In this document: in pieces, positions 1 through 13,075 of the stretch | Numbering within the stretch: the first letter of the stretch is position 1 | Layout: the number at the start of each line of letters is the position of its first letter | Assembly (NCBI GenBank): GCA_964016885.1 | Contig: OZ024740.1 | Coordinates: 202,554,001-202,618,000, forward strand | DNA length: 64,000 nucleotides | Source of the DNA: Eledone cirrhosa | Lineage: Eukaryota | Direction: 5' to 3' | The notes under the pieces: generated by a model | The model's database searches: none | Seen by the model: only the letters and a program-made list of their open reading frames with translations | What the model was told of the DNA's origin: nothing | Made by a program: the position numbers and the translations under genes

Positions 1-1276
1 TTCCCACTTGAGGCAAGAGTGATTGTCTTGCTCGCATAGGACTGTCTGGCAGGTTTTCTACAGCTGGATGCCCTTCCTAACACCAACCACATTTACAGTG
101 TGGGTCTGGGAGGTTTTTACCGTGTTGCCTACATGGCCACATTACAGCGTGGACTGTGTGTTTTTTTGTCGTGACACCTACACGATCTCATTTGTTTCGG
201 CCTGGATGGTGTGGCACCAACATAACTTTACATAGAAGGGGGGCGGTGTGGATGGGGTGGGGGTGGTGGGACGGGGGTGTATTTTGTTAGAGATGCCTAC
301 TGACTGTAGTAGGTTTTACTTTGTATTTAGGTAAGGCGGGTCTTCTCTATTACTGAGTACCGCCAAAGGTCTCGGTCCAGTGACATTGTCTTGGTGAGGT
401 GTAAGTGTGTGAGGTCGGAGTTTATCAGCTCGTCCCAGGTTTTTCTGGGTCTGCCTATTCCGTGGCTACCGTCTATCTTTATTGCCCTGCACTTTGTTAT
501 ACAGCTATCGTCCTTCATGCGCATCACGTGACCATACCAACGTAGCCTTCTCTCTAGTAAACAACATCTGATCCCTCTTATTTCTAATTTTTTCCTTAGT
601 TCGTTTATGCTTTGTCGTTCACGTATATTACTATTACACATCCAGCGGAGCATGCAAGCTTCGTTTCTCTCTAGTCTGCGTATATCCTCTGCACACAATG
701 CCCAGGTCTCACTGCCATGCAACATTGCTGTTCGTATGCAGGCATCGTACAACCTGCCTTTCATTTTTAGGGAGAACCCTTTAGCAGCTAATAGTCGTAT
801 AAGCTCTCTGAACTTTTTCCACCCAGTTCTGACTCTAGCTACTGTACTTTCAGAGCACCCTCCCCCACTGCTGATTTTGTCACCCAGGTAACGGAAGCTG
901 TCCACTATTTCTATAGAACCATCTGAGCAGTTGAAAGAGCTAGTATTTTGTGGGCACTTGCTGCTACTTATTGCCCCAGAACACCGGCCACATGTAAAAT
1001 CTATGTTCTTTGTTAGCTTACCTGTGATCCCACTACATCTTTTATGAACCCAAACTTTGCATTTGGGACACAAAATGGAATTTCTACCTACGCCTTTCCT
1101 ACACTCTGCGCATGGCCACTTCCCGGAGGGGACCGCCGCCTTATTTTCTTTCTTACAAACTAGAACTTTAGTCTTAGCCAGGTTAATTTTAAGGCCTTTT
1201 GATTCTAGCCCGTGCTTCCATGTTTGGAATTTCTTCTCTAGCTCGGCCATTGATTCAGCTATGATCATCTGCGTAT
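1..1276 (-). mobile_element. RTE-clade LINE, 5'-truncated at the YADD motif; uninterrupted ORF 327-~1262 (PHD finger, RT C-terminal part), 3'UTR runs off the window start
   Basis: Translation has GLKINLAKTK, FRYLG, MLHGSETW, RRLRWYGHVMRM and GRPRKTW motifs typical of RTE ORF2. Near-identical to 36077-37810. The ORF-track N-terminus (MRIYIYI) is a TA microsatellite, not part of the element. Confidence 0.93.
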
Positions 1277-1331
1277 ATATATATATATATATATATATAC
1301 GCATATAAATATGCTGGGTCCGTCAACTCCT

Positions 1332-1363
<32 letters not shown>

Positions 1364-1392
1364 ATAATATCTATATATGTACATATATATAT

Positions 1393-2110
1393 AAAGCGTA
1401 GAAATATCCGAGACCCCCCAGTAGACAACTTATGAGGACCCCCCTGTTCTTGCTTTCTTCGTATTCCCACTGTATTGTAAGTTACCTTAAATAGCAACTA
1501 CACAGCCATTTCTATTCTCCATATATTTCATCATGTTTTTCGCTGTGACCATTCTTCTCTCCCCCTTCTACCTTCATATTTCGCCACTTTCTACGCTCAC
1601 CCCTCTTTCTTCCTCTCACTTTCTCCCTATCTCCTCTTACTCCACTTTCCTCCTCTCCCTTTCTCCCTCTCACTTTCACCCCCTCGTCTGACCATTTAGC
1701 AGATCTCTTCTCACTTACAACTGCGGCCATCAGACGTGTGTCTTTTCTCTCGATTACTCGGTCTCGAACTTAAGTTCTATTATCGAGTGGTCTTGGATTT
1801 CCTACCTATAGTTGCTCGCACATTGCTTGGTTTGTGTTTTTTTTTCGCTGTTTTGTTACTGTTTCTCTTTTCTTCCCCTTTGCTTTCCTTCCCTCCTTCC
1901 TTCGTTTTCCCAATAACTTATTCAGTTATTGACGCCTTGGGGTGAAGTGGTATCTTGTCTTTAAAGCGTAGAAATATCCTCGACCCCCAGTAGACAACTG
2001 ATCAGGAAAACTCCCCCAACCCCCTGTTCTTGCTTTCTTCGTATTCCCACTGTATTTTAAGTTACCTTAAATAGCAACTACACAGCCATTTCTATTCTCC
2101 ATATATTTCA
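1393..2110. repeat. ~140 bp direct repeat (1393-1530 / 1963-2110) bracketing ~430 bp, inserted in (TA)n; possible Penelope-like terminal fragment
   Basis: aaagcgtagaaatatcc...gtagacaact...gttaccttaaatagcaactacacagccatttctattctccatatatttca occurs twice. Family assignment is inference only. Confidence 0.55.
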
Positions 2111-2150
2111 TTATATGGTGACTATATATATATATATATACATATACATA

Positions 2151-2249
2151 CAGGGTGTCCCAAAAATGTATACACACTTTGATTACTGGTACAGACATTG
2201 TTTATTAGAATGCTGTTAAAGTATGTATACATTTTTGGGAGACACCCTG
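2151..2249. mobile_element. Tc1/mariner-type MITE (~100 bp)
   Basis: TIR CAGGGTGTCCCAAAAATGTATACA ... TGTATACATTTTTGGGAGACACCCTG flanked by TA; sister copy at 62808-62921. Confidence 0.85.
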
Positions 2250-2459
2250 TATATATATATGTGTGTGTGTGTGTCATGAGCATGAAGAAAGTGACTAATC
2301 TAAACTATCCGCAAACCTCATGTTGTCTCTATTTGAATTTGTCTGCCAAACTCTGTATCCTGCAGTCTCTCGCCACATCATTTACTTTTAGTGCTTTAGT
2401 ACTTGTACTGGTGGATGGGTTTTTTGTATTATAGCATATTGCCAGTTATCTCAATATAC

Positions 2460-3140
2460 CATCTTCATCATCCCCTACATTTTTCCATGCTTGCATGGGT
2501 TAAATGGGTTGTCGACATTGGGAGACAAGTCTGGCCAGAGTTGGCCATGCCATACTTTGCTCTAACGAGGACTAAATTTTGCTGAATGATCTTCCTAACA
2601 CCAACCACATTTACAGTGGTACTGGGTGGCACCGTTATAAGGAGGGGCAATATATATATATATATATCATCATCACCATTTAACGTACATTTTTCCATGC
2701 TAGCATGGATTAGATGAGTTGTCCCGTTGTGAGACAAGTCAGATCAGATGACTGTGTCTTGCTCATACAGAACTGTTTCTGGCTTGGTTTCTACAACTGG
2801 ATGCCTTTCCTAACGCCAATCACATTTACAGTGTGGACTGGATGCTTTTTATCATGACACCAACACGACTACTTTACAGTGTGGGCTGGGTGCTTCTTAT
2901 TGTGGCAGCAAAACGACCACTTTACTGCATGAACTGGGTGCTTTTTATCATGACACCAACACGACTACTTTACAGTGTGGGCTGGGTGCTCCTTATTGTG
3001 GCAGCAAAACGACCACTTTACTGCATGAACTGGGTGCTTTTTATCATGGCACCAACACGATCACTTTACAGTGTGGACTCGGTACCTTTTATCATGGCAC
3101 CAACATGACCACTTTACAGTGTGGATTGGGTGCCTTTTGT
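2460..3140 (-). mobile_element. Two adjacent RTE/SINE 3'-tail fragments; the second contains ~7 tandem ~46 bp modules
   Basis: (cat)n tails, ggatgcc(c/t)ttcctaac motif and repeated cacttta(ca)gtgtgg.ctgggtgcttt modules, as in the LINE 3'UTR at 1-230. Confidence 0.75.
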
Positions 3141-3653
3141 TATATATATATACATTATTTCAATTATATCTACTTTACTTTTCTTTATTGTAACTCATCT
3201 TCTGTATCTCCAATACATTTCTCTTGCTTTAGGATTGTAGTTGTCACTACAAAATTTCAGCATGTCAACCATTTGTTGAACTAGCAAGAAGTGTTGGGTA
3301 GACAGAGCTAGAAATAAAATATTTCAGAAAGTGTCAATTTGATTGAACCCTAGATCACCATGGATCCTCCTTGTGGGGAATAGATTACTATTATATCATG
3401 GAACCAATTCTTAAAGCTATATTGTTTTTTCTCTCTATTTTTGTAGAAAGTTATATAGAAACATATATACATATGATAGGTATTTTTAATATGATCTTGT
3501 TTATCCCAGCTGATAGATTTTAAAGCTGGATTTCAAGAGGTTTTCTTTTAAAATATTCACACTTTTCCTTTATTGTGAGTAATATTACTTTCATAATTGT
3601 GTTCTGAGATCTTTACTATGTCTATCGTAAAACTCTATTCACACAGTTATAAT

Positions 3654-3780
<127 letters not shown>

Positions 3781-4270
3781 TTTAGATAGGCTTTGATTGT
3801 ATTCTTTGAAGTGCTAGTCTGTTAAATTTATATTTTAGTATTTTTTCTTACATCATAAAGTGTCTAAGAATTATCTAACTATTCACTCCTAAAAACAATA
3901 TACATTCACTCATAAACTTTTCAATAAAAAAAGAAGCCTTGTTTTGTTTGAAAATAAATTTACTGAGGTTAATTGTTCAATAAAAGTATGTATATTTGTT
4001 AATATTGCCTGTGTCCATAAGGTCAAGGTCTTGTTAGTCAGTGAAATACTGACACCATTAGCATTAAGTTTCAAAGAACTCCATAACCTTTGAGCCCTAG
4101 CCTCTGGCTTGTTGACATTATCTTACTTAGTGTTACAAGCAGTCTGTCTTAATGAGTTAGATATCTTCAAGCAGATATCTATTGCTTTTGTCTCTGACTC
4201 AACAACCCAGCCAAATCTCAACTCTTATTCTATGAAATGAGACCACCCATTTTAAAGGGTTCCTATTTAA

Positions 4271-4491
4271 CCCTTTAGCATTTAAACTGGCCATATCCGG
4301 TCATGACTGTCTCACCTCTTTCTGTTCAAACCGGCTGTAACCAGCTGCTCATACGTATGTTAGGGTATTGTTCTCAAAATAGATAATATCAAAATCTTGT
4401 AGATTCGATATTAAGTGAGATAATTATGTAAGATAAAGCCTTTACCACAAAAATACAATAGTATATATAGAGTAATGTAAATGTTAATGGG
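4271..4491. mobile_element. piggyBac-like MITE, family A
   Basis: TTAA|CCCTTTAGCATT ... AATGTTAATGGG|TTAA; related copies at 24493, 25676, 39327 and 63151. Confidence 0.75.
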
Positions 4492-4804
4492 TTAAACCAA
4501 AATCTTCCAACATAATTTTATACAAGGATCACTTATGTTACAAATACTTAGTAATGAAATATTTAATAATTTTAGTAGATCTGCAAAATTCTCCATTAAT
4601 TAATTGAAATACAATGAATGTTAGAAATATGGCCACAAAAGGGTTAAAAATATCAGTTTGCTATACTTTCGCATCCTTCATGAAAAATATGTTAAGTATT
4701 AGCTTCAAACTTCCATGAGTTCTATAGGGTTTTTATATATATTTCTCATTTCATGGAGACCTATTCTTTCTGCATGAGATTAATCCATATTCAATAATAA
4801 CAGT

Positions 4805-6950
4805 ATGTCTCTCTACCTATGATCTATATCTCTGTCTATGTCTCTCTACCTATGATCTATATCTCTGTCTATGTCTCTCTACTTATGATCTATAGCTCTG
4901 TCTATGTCTGTCTACCTATGATCTATAACTCTGTCTATGACTGTCTCCCTATGATCTATAGCTCTGTCTATGTCTCTCTACCTATGATCTATAGCTCTGT
5001 CTATGACTGTCTACCTATGATCTATATCTCTGTCTACCTATGATCTATATCTCTGTCTATGACTGTCTCCCTATGATCTATAGCTCTGTCTATTACTGTC
5101 TACCTATGATCTATATCTCTGTCTATGACTGTCTCCCTATGATCTATATCTCTGTCTATGACTGTCTACCTATGATCTATAGTTCTGTCTATGACTGTCT
5201 ACCTATGATCTATAGTTCTGTCTATCTATGATCTATAGCTCTGTCTATGACTGTCTACCTATGATCTATAGCTTTGTCTATGTCTCTCTACCTATGATCT
5301 ATATCTCTGTCTATGACTGTCTACCTATGATCTATAGCTCTGTCTATGTGTCTCTACCTATGATCTATAGCTCTGTCTATGACTGTCTACCTATGATCTA
5401 TATCTCTGTCTATGACTGTCTCCCTATGATCTATATCTCTGTCTATGACTGTCTACCTATGATCTATATCTCTGTCTATGACTGTCTACCTATGATCTAT
5501 AGTTCTGTCTATGACTGTCTACCTATGATCTATAGCTCTGTCTATGTCTCTCTACCTATGATCTATAGCTCTGTCTATGTCTCTCTACCTATGATCTATA
5601 GTTCTGTCTATGACTGTCTACCTATGATCTATATCTCTGTCTATGACTGTCTACCTATGATCTATATCTCTGTCTATGACTCTCTACCTATGATCTATAG
5701 TTCTGTGTATGACTGTCTACCTATGATCTATAGTTCTGTCTATGACTGTCTACCTATGATCTATAGCTCTGTCTATGACTGTCTACCTATGATCTATAGC
5801 TCTGTCTATGACTGTCTACCTATGATCTATAGCTCTGTCTATGTCTGTCTACCTATGATCTATATCTCTGTCTATGACTCTCTACCTATGCTCTATAGCT
5901 CTGTCTATGTCTGTCTACCTATGATCTATAGTTCTGTCTATGTCTCTCTACCTATGATCTATAGCACTGTCTATGACTGTCTACCTATGATCTATAGCTC
6001 TGTCTATGACTGTCTACCTATGATCTATAGCTCTGTCTATGTCTCTCTACCTATGATCTATAGCTCTGTCTATGACTGTCTACCTATGATCTATATCTCT
6101 GTCTATGACTGTCTACCTATGATCTATATCTCTGTCTATGACTGTCTACCTATGATCTATAGCTCTGTCTATGACTGTCTACCTATGATCTATATCTCTG
6201 TCTATGTCTCTCTACCTATGATCTATATCTCTGTCTATGACTGTCTACCTATGATCTATATCTCTGTCTATGACTGTCTACCTATGATCTATATCTCTGT
6301 CTATGACTGTCTACCTATGATCTATATCTCTGTCTATGACTGTCTACCTATGATCTATATCTCTGTCTATGACTGTCTACCTATGATCTATAGCTCTGTC
6401 TATGACTGTCTCCCTATGATCTATAGCTCTGTCTATGACTGTCTACCTATGATCTATAGCTCTGTCTATGACTGTCTCCCTATGATCTATAGCTCTGTCT
6501 ATGACTGTCTACCTATGATCTATATCTCTGTCTATGACTGTCTACCTATGATCTATATCTCTGTCTATGACTGTCTACCTATGATCTATAGCTCTGTCTA
6601 TGACTGTCTACCTATGATCTATAGCTCTGTCTAGGTATGAACTATAGCTATGATCCTATAGTTCGACATATTACTATCTACCTATGATCTATAGCTCTAT
6701 GACTGTCTACCTATGATCTATAGTTCTGTCTATGACTGTCTCCCTATGATCTATAGCTCTGTCTAGGTATGATCTATAGCTATGATCCTATAGTTCGACA
6801 TATTACTATCTACCTATGATCTATAGCTCTATGACTGTCTCCCTATGATCTATAGTTCTGTCTATGTCTGTCTATCTATGATCTATAGCTCTGTCTATGT
6901 CTGTCTAGCTATGATCACTATGTCTGCCTATGACTGTCTAGCTATGATTA
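4805..6950. repeat. 33 bp minisatellite (ctatgatctatagctctgtctatgactgtctac), ~60 copies
   Basis: Unit visible directly; it produces the spurious 11-aa-repeat ORF MIYSSVYDCLP. Confidence 0.95.
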
Positions 6951-7499
6951 ATAGGTTAGCCTATGGCTGTCTATCTGGCAGGGATTGGGGTAGGACTACA
7001 TGTCAATAATTGTAGAAAGATTTTGGTAGTCATCCTCTTCCTCCTCGTCATCATTATTTGACATTTGATTTTCCAAACTAACATGTCAGTATTTAATTGG
7101 AGCTAGTCAGACCAGAGGTTATATCTTGCTTCTGTACAGTTTTGGCATGGTTTCTACAACATACACCTTTCCTAATACTAATCACATATTATTTTGGCAC
7201 CAACACTAGGGAAGTTGTCATGCTATCCATGTAACTGAAGAGTCTCTCCAACCTTTTTTGACATGGTTTTTTATAGTTAAATGCCCCTTTTGATGCCAAC
7301 CAACCATTTGCAGAGTGTACTTGGTGCATTTTATTGTGAAACTAACATTAGGAAGGTTGTCATGCTCTTACTGTGACTGAAGACTCCCTTTAACTCTTTT
7401 TCGGAATGGTTTCTATGGTTAGATGGCCTTCCTAACATTACAACCATTTTACAGAGTGTACTGGAAGCATTTTATCTTGGCACTTATCACTTTATAGTG

Positions 7500-8255
7500 T
7501 TGGTTTAGTTGTTAGGGTGTTTGTTTCACAATTGTAATGCTGTGCACTTCAGCAAAACACTTTATTTCATGTTGCTCCAGTTCACTCAGCTGACAAAAAT
7601 GAGTTGTACCTATAGTTTAAAGGGTTAACTATGTCACATACTGTACTTATAGTTTAAAGGGTTAACTATGTCACATACTGTACTTATAGTTTAAAGGGTT
7701 AACTATGTCACATACTGTACCTATAGATTAAAGGGTTAACTGTCACATACTGTACCTATAGTTTACATGGTTAACTATGTCACATACTGTACCTATAGTT
7801 TAAAGGGTTAACTATGTCACATACTGTACCTATAGTTTAAAGGGTTAACTATGTCACATACTGTACCTATAGTTTAAAGGGTTAGCTATGTCACATACTG
7901 TACCTATAGTTTAAAGGGTTAACTATGTCACATACTGTACCTATAGTTTAAAGGGTTAGCTATGTCACATACTGTATCTATAGATTAAAGGGTTAGCTAT
8001 GTCACATACTGTACCTATAGTTGAAAGGATTAACTATGTCACTGTACCTATAGTTTAAAGGGTTAACTATGTCACATACTGTACCTATAGATTAAAGGGT
8101 TAGCTATGTCACATACTGTACCTATAGTTTAAAGGGTTAACTATGTCACATACTGTACCTATAGTTTAAAGGGTTAACTATGTCACATACTGTGTCATGT
8201 TGAATCTCCCTGAGAGTTATGTTATGGCTACACATCTCGGTGGAATGTTTAGTGC
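7500..8255 (+). mobile_element. Degenerate CORE-type SINE interrupted by an internal 37 bp tandem expansion
   Basis: CORE-like gcaaaacactttatttcatgttgctccagttcactcagctg before the array; the body resumes (tgtgtcatgttgaatctccctgagag) after it. Homologous to the reverse copy at ~22460-22715. Confidence 0.7.
7605..8192. repeat. 37 bp minisatellite (ctgtacctatagtttaaagggttaactatgtcacata), ~16 copies
   Basis: Period 37 read from repeated agggttaact at 7621 and 7658. Confidence 0.93.
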
Positions 8256-8324
8256 GAGTGATGAAATTTCTTGTGTGTGACGACTGCCAAGACACTAAGA
8301 AGCATTGCTATTGTTGTTATGGAG

Positions 8325-9055
8325 AGGGTAGATAGTTAGCTTGGTTAGTAGGTTGGTAGGTAGATTAGTAGGGTGGTAGTTTGGTTGGTTGGTAGTTAGG
8401 TAGGCTAGTAGGTAGGTTAGTAGGTAGGTAGGATGGTTGGGAAGTTGGTAGTTAGGTAGATAGATTGCTAGTTAGGTAGGTTTGTAGGTTGGTAGATAGG
8501 TAGTTTGGTAGGTAGGTTTGTAGGCAAGTAGATAGGTTAGTATGTAGGCTGCTTGGTAGGTAGGTAGATATGCTAGTAGGTAAATAGGAAGGATGGTTAA
8601 TAGGTAGGTAGGTGTGTGGATGGGTAATGAGGTGTGTTTATGGGTGGGTAAGGAGATAGGGAGGTGGGTAAGGAGGTATGTGTGTGGGTAAGACTGGAGG
8701 TAGATATTTGGGTAGGGAGGAAGGTGGATAGGTAGCTAGCTAGCTGCCTTAGTTATTATCTCTATCAACAGACTTCACTTCTCTCAAGTGGCTTTTCCTT
8801 CTAGTACTATTATCTTCAAATATTATACCACACACAAACACACCACGTACATACATAGGCATACACACATACATACATAAACACACATGCCATGTGCATA
8901 CACATACACACCCACATCACTTACCCTTACACCTACATACACACACTCACCACACACACACTGCATACAAACACACATTCACAAATCACACACTCACATA
9001 TACACCCACATAATCACACCACACATGCACCAACCACGTGTACATACGTACGCAC
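8325..9055. repeat. Degenerate (GGTA)n tract followed by a CA-rich tract
   Basis: Low-complexity sequence visible directly. Confidence 0.85.
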
Positions 9056-9180
9056 GATATTAAAAGTTTAGTATAAAAATCACGTTGTTGCACAGAATGA
9101 CAGAACCCAGAGAAAAGTGTTCACGAAGAGAATTTCTTAACCAGTTTGGCAGCTGGGTCTCATCCATTTACAGTTAAAAT

Positions 9181-9360
9181 TTAGCACTGGAGACTTCTGG
9201 TGTCCTTGGCTCTAGGACGACCTCTCTATTCACCACCATCGGCACGGAGTTGGCTACCCGCAGGTGTGAGCCGTGCAAGCTGGAATGGCTCTTCCAGTGT
9301 GTCTCCCTCACCATCCTCCGGGTAAACGCCTTCTCTATTCTGTCTGCCAGGGCCATGTGG
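9181..9360 (+). pseudogene. C-terminal fragment of a restriction-like-endonuclease (REL) non-LTR retrotransposon, CRE-like
   Basis: Frame reads LALETSGVLGSRTTSLFTTIGTELATRRCEPCKLEWLFQCVSLTILRVNAFSILSA, resembling the recalled pattern xAxETxGxxG...E..WL.QRxSxAIxRGNAxxIL of CRE C-termini. Confidence 0.65.
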
Positions 9361-10513
9361 CGGCCAGTACATGGGCCCCATTTACTTATAATAGTGAGAG
9401 AGGGGGAGAATGGGAGAGACAGGGGCAGTATTAGTGGGAGTTTAGTTCCATTGTGTTCAGACCTGGTGTATATGTATCATCATCATCATCATTTAATGAC
9501 TATTTTCCACACTAGCATGAGTTAGATGAGTTTGTCCCATTAGAGGCAAGTTTGGTTGGGTGACCGTGTCTCGCTCATAGGACTGTTTCTTGCTGGTTTT
9601 CTATGGCTGGATGCCCTTCCTAACACCAACCACATTTACACTATATGTATTAATAGATTGTTATTTTGAATTTGGCTATGTTCGTTATTGTGACTGACCA
9701 TTTCAGTTGAGAACTTTTATAAATTTTTATAAAGTTATTTACATTTTGAGCATTTGTAAAAGTTAAAATTCTTAAATGCAGTTGCGAATTCTATTCTGAT
9801 AGTTTCTTCTCTCATACATCTTGCCTGTGGAATTCTCTTCTGGTCTCTTGCTTTCCTGGTCACTACAAAATCAACATCAGTCATCATCTTCTTACTCCTT
9901 GAATTGTGTTCTCTTTCTCTTGTCCTTCTCAGGAACCTCTTACATTTCAGTAGCTTTATTGCCTTGCTCAGGATAAATAAGAAAAAAAAAGTTATATTTC
10001 ATAATCAACTCATTTTATACAAAGTGACTTCAAACCACGTATGGTTTGATACAAAACTGGTTATTTTAAAGTGTTTATATTTATCTAAGAACCTTGCATC
10101 ATCATTTTTTGTGAGAACTTTTATGTTATGTTCCTAACACCAGCTTAATAAATAAGAAACTTACTTTACTAAATTTCTCTAAATTCTTGATCATTTCCAA
10201 AATGATTTAAAAATCATGTTTTTAATTCAAAATATGGAACAAAAAGGTCAAGTCATACTTTGAACACCATATACCATTAAAATAGGGAGTTGCTGTTGAC
10301 TGAAACATATCTGCATGTAGATGGTTTATCTGGAATTTTTTAGAGCAATTTCTCCTGTGACTTAGAATTCTATGTCATCTTATTCTTTGTCATTGGTTTT
10401 GGTAATATAAATATACTGTTTGTTGTAGATATATAGGTATATAAATGGAGACAAACATGTACCGATGTCATGACTCCATACATGTGGTAGAATAGTATTT
10501 ATTATCTTGGTGG

Positions 10514-10715
10514 ATTGGCAATATCGATAGACTGTCAGATAATGTGTTTTGAGACATAGTTATGGCCTTTTTACGTTTTGAATTAAAATCCCGCCAAGGT
10601 TAACTTTGCCTTTCATCTTCATAGGGTCGATAAAATAAAGTACCAGTAAAGCACTGGAGTCGATTTAATCGACTTTCTCCTCCCCTAAAATTGTTGACCT
10701 TGTGCTAAATCATAA
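10514..10715 (+). mobile_element. tRNA-derived Meta-type SINE (long-tail variant)
   Basis: A/B-box-like head and ttaactttgcctttcatc...ggtcgataaaataaagtaccag central domain. Confidence 0.8.
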
Positions 10716-12117
10716 ACTATTATATATATCTTGGTTGACTGACACTGAAGTTTCACAACTGCTAATTAATCATTCATGCTCAAAGGGACAAGAGGATTCT
10801 TCAATTGTGTCTGAGATATGTCAACCTCTCCTGGTACTGGTGCTACAAAAATATACTCAGAGGCACTCTATAATTAAAGAAAGATTGCAGGAGTGTATGT
10901 AAGGAAGACTCATCCTAAACACAACCCTTCTGCCTATATGAACAGTCAGGAGTTCCACTTAAGTACTGATATGGTCTGTGACAACCCATCCAACCCTTCC
11001 TAGCTGAGAACAGACATTAAATGATGATGATCGTGATCATACATGCCTGTGTGTGCATATTGATGCATGTGTTTATGTGTGTATGTGTCTGCACACACAC
11101 ACACACACACACACACATAAATATATACACACTTGTGAATATTTAAGCTATCACTTGTGATCGTGTAGTCCTGTACATTATTCTAAACATTTATTTCCAC
11201 CAATGCAAATAGTTGTTTACTAAGTAACAAATGGCATCATAGAAATGCATGAGGCATGTAATATATATTACATATGGTAAAATATGTGAGTCTACTAGTG
11301 GAACTGTGTGAAAGAGGAATGGTATTTATGGTTAAGTCTGTGTTGGTTCCAGTATCTGGATGAATGTTGGTCCCAGACAAACAGATGTAAGTTCACTCTG
11401 CTTGCCTTATTGTGTTTGATAAGTAACTGTTGCAAGCTGTACTTAAAGCCTTATTCTCTGACTTACATTCAAATTAGTCACCATGTGGGTGTCAATTTAA
11501 GTGTTTGTCAATCATCTGAAAGAATATATAAACATTTATTAAGTTCTTATGCTTTGTGAACTTCAATTTAACCCTTTCTTTACCATATTTCTAATGAAAG
11601 ACTCTGTCTATGGTTTTAAAATAATAAAGAATTTAGAGAGATTTAGTGACATAACTAACTTTCTCATTATTAAGCTGGTGTTTGAAACATAACTTAACAA
11701 AGGGTTTTATATAGAATTATGATGGTAGGTTTTCAGATAAATATACACACTTTAAATCAAGCAGTTTTGTATTTTGTATAGCTCAAATGATTATTGTATA
11801 TTTACTAGTGGATGGAATTTTGTAAAAATTTACAGTAAACTAAAGTAACAACTTCAATTTTTAATGTGATGCAGTGATAGTGCTGTTTTGTACTGTTTTA
11901 AGACTGTCTTGCCAATGTACTTTCATGTGATACAGGACATTAAGAGTTAATGTTGACGATATAAATTATTTTCTGTGAACAAGAGCCAAAAAAAATGAAA
12001 GAGACATGATCAGTAAGTGGTTAAAACGCCAGACTAGTTAACTATTTCAGTCTGTGTCATGTGTGTGTGTAGTATTCTGTTGTGTTGAATAGTTATAATA
12101 GTGGTGTTGGCTGCAAT

Positions 12118-12119
12118 AC

Positions 12120-12153
<34 letters not shown>

Positions 12154-12249
12154 GGTGGTAACTGCAGCAGCAGCAGTAGTAGTAGTAGCAGCAGCAGCAG
12201 TAGTAGTAGTAGTAACTGCAGTAGTAGTAGTAGTAGTAGTAGTAACTGC

Positions 12250-12280
<31 letters not shown>

Positions 12281-12342
12281 ACTGCAGTAGTAGTAGTAGT
12301 AGTAGTAACTGCCGCAGTAGTAGTAGCAGTAGTAGTAATAGT
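12118..12342. repeat. (AGT/AGC)n trinucleotide repeat with periodic aactgc interruptions
   Basis: Directly visible; source of the poly-S/L/V ORFs. Confidence 0.93.
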
Positions 12343-13075
12343 AAGGTGAAATACATTATCTTAGTTAATCAAGTGTAATAGGTGAAAGTATTAGCAAAAT
12401 TGTAAACCAATCATCCTTAAGGTGTGTGTTCTATGTTGAAACACATCAGATCTATAGATTAAAACTCCAGTAAGATTCTAGTGTTCGTGTGTCACAGATG
12501 GACAATAAAATCCAGTATAATCATTATATTATAGACTAATGGTCCAGTAACCTATTTAGTTTCTGGAGTTCAGGTTTGGTATACCAGAATTACCAGATAT
12601 ATGAACAGTCATACAAACTGGGAAATTTGCATTTTGATAAATTTGTGGTGTATATAAGAGAAACCCTGTAGTTTATGTTAATTACTGACAAGTAGAAGGG
12701 ATTAAAGCTATGAATGATATTTTAATTTATTTCTAGGAAAATAGTAGTGATGGTGCCATGATAAAACACGCCCAGTCCACCATGTAAAGTGCTGGTGCCA
12801 TGATAAAATAGACCCAGTACATGCTGTAAAGTGGTAATGTTGGTGCCATAAAAAGATGCCCCCATTCCATGCTGTAAGGTGATAGTTATGGTGCTATGAT
12901 GAAGCAGATCTGGTACACCCTGTTGTTAGGAAGGGCATCCAGCCATAGAAATAATGCCAAATATGAGCAAAACTGATTGGTGTAGCCTCAAAATCTGACA
13001 ACTCGTCCAACCCATTCCAGCATTTTAAACAGACGTAAAACTGATAATGATGGTGATATTAAATTACTTTTACAC

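Noticed and set aside
5228-6634. 468-aa ORF (MIYSSVYDCLP)n
   Set aside because: Stop-free frame of a 33 bp minisatellite; no unique domain or gene context.
9708-9970. Minus-strand open frame after a poly-T tract
   Set aside because: No recognisable homology; could be chance or old transposon debris.
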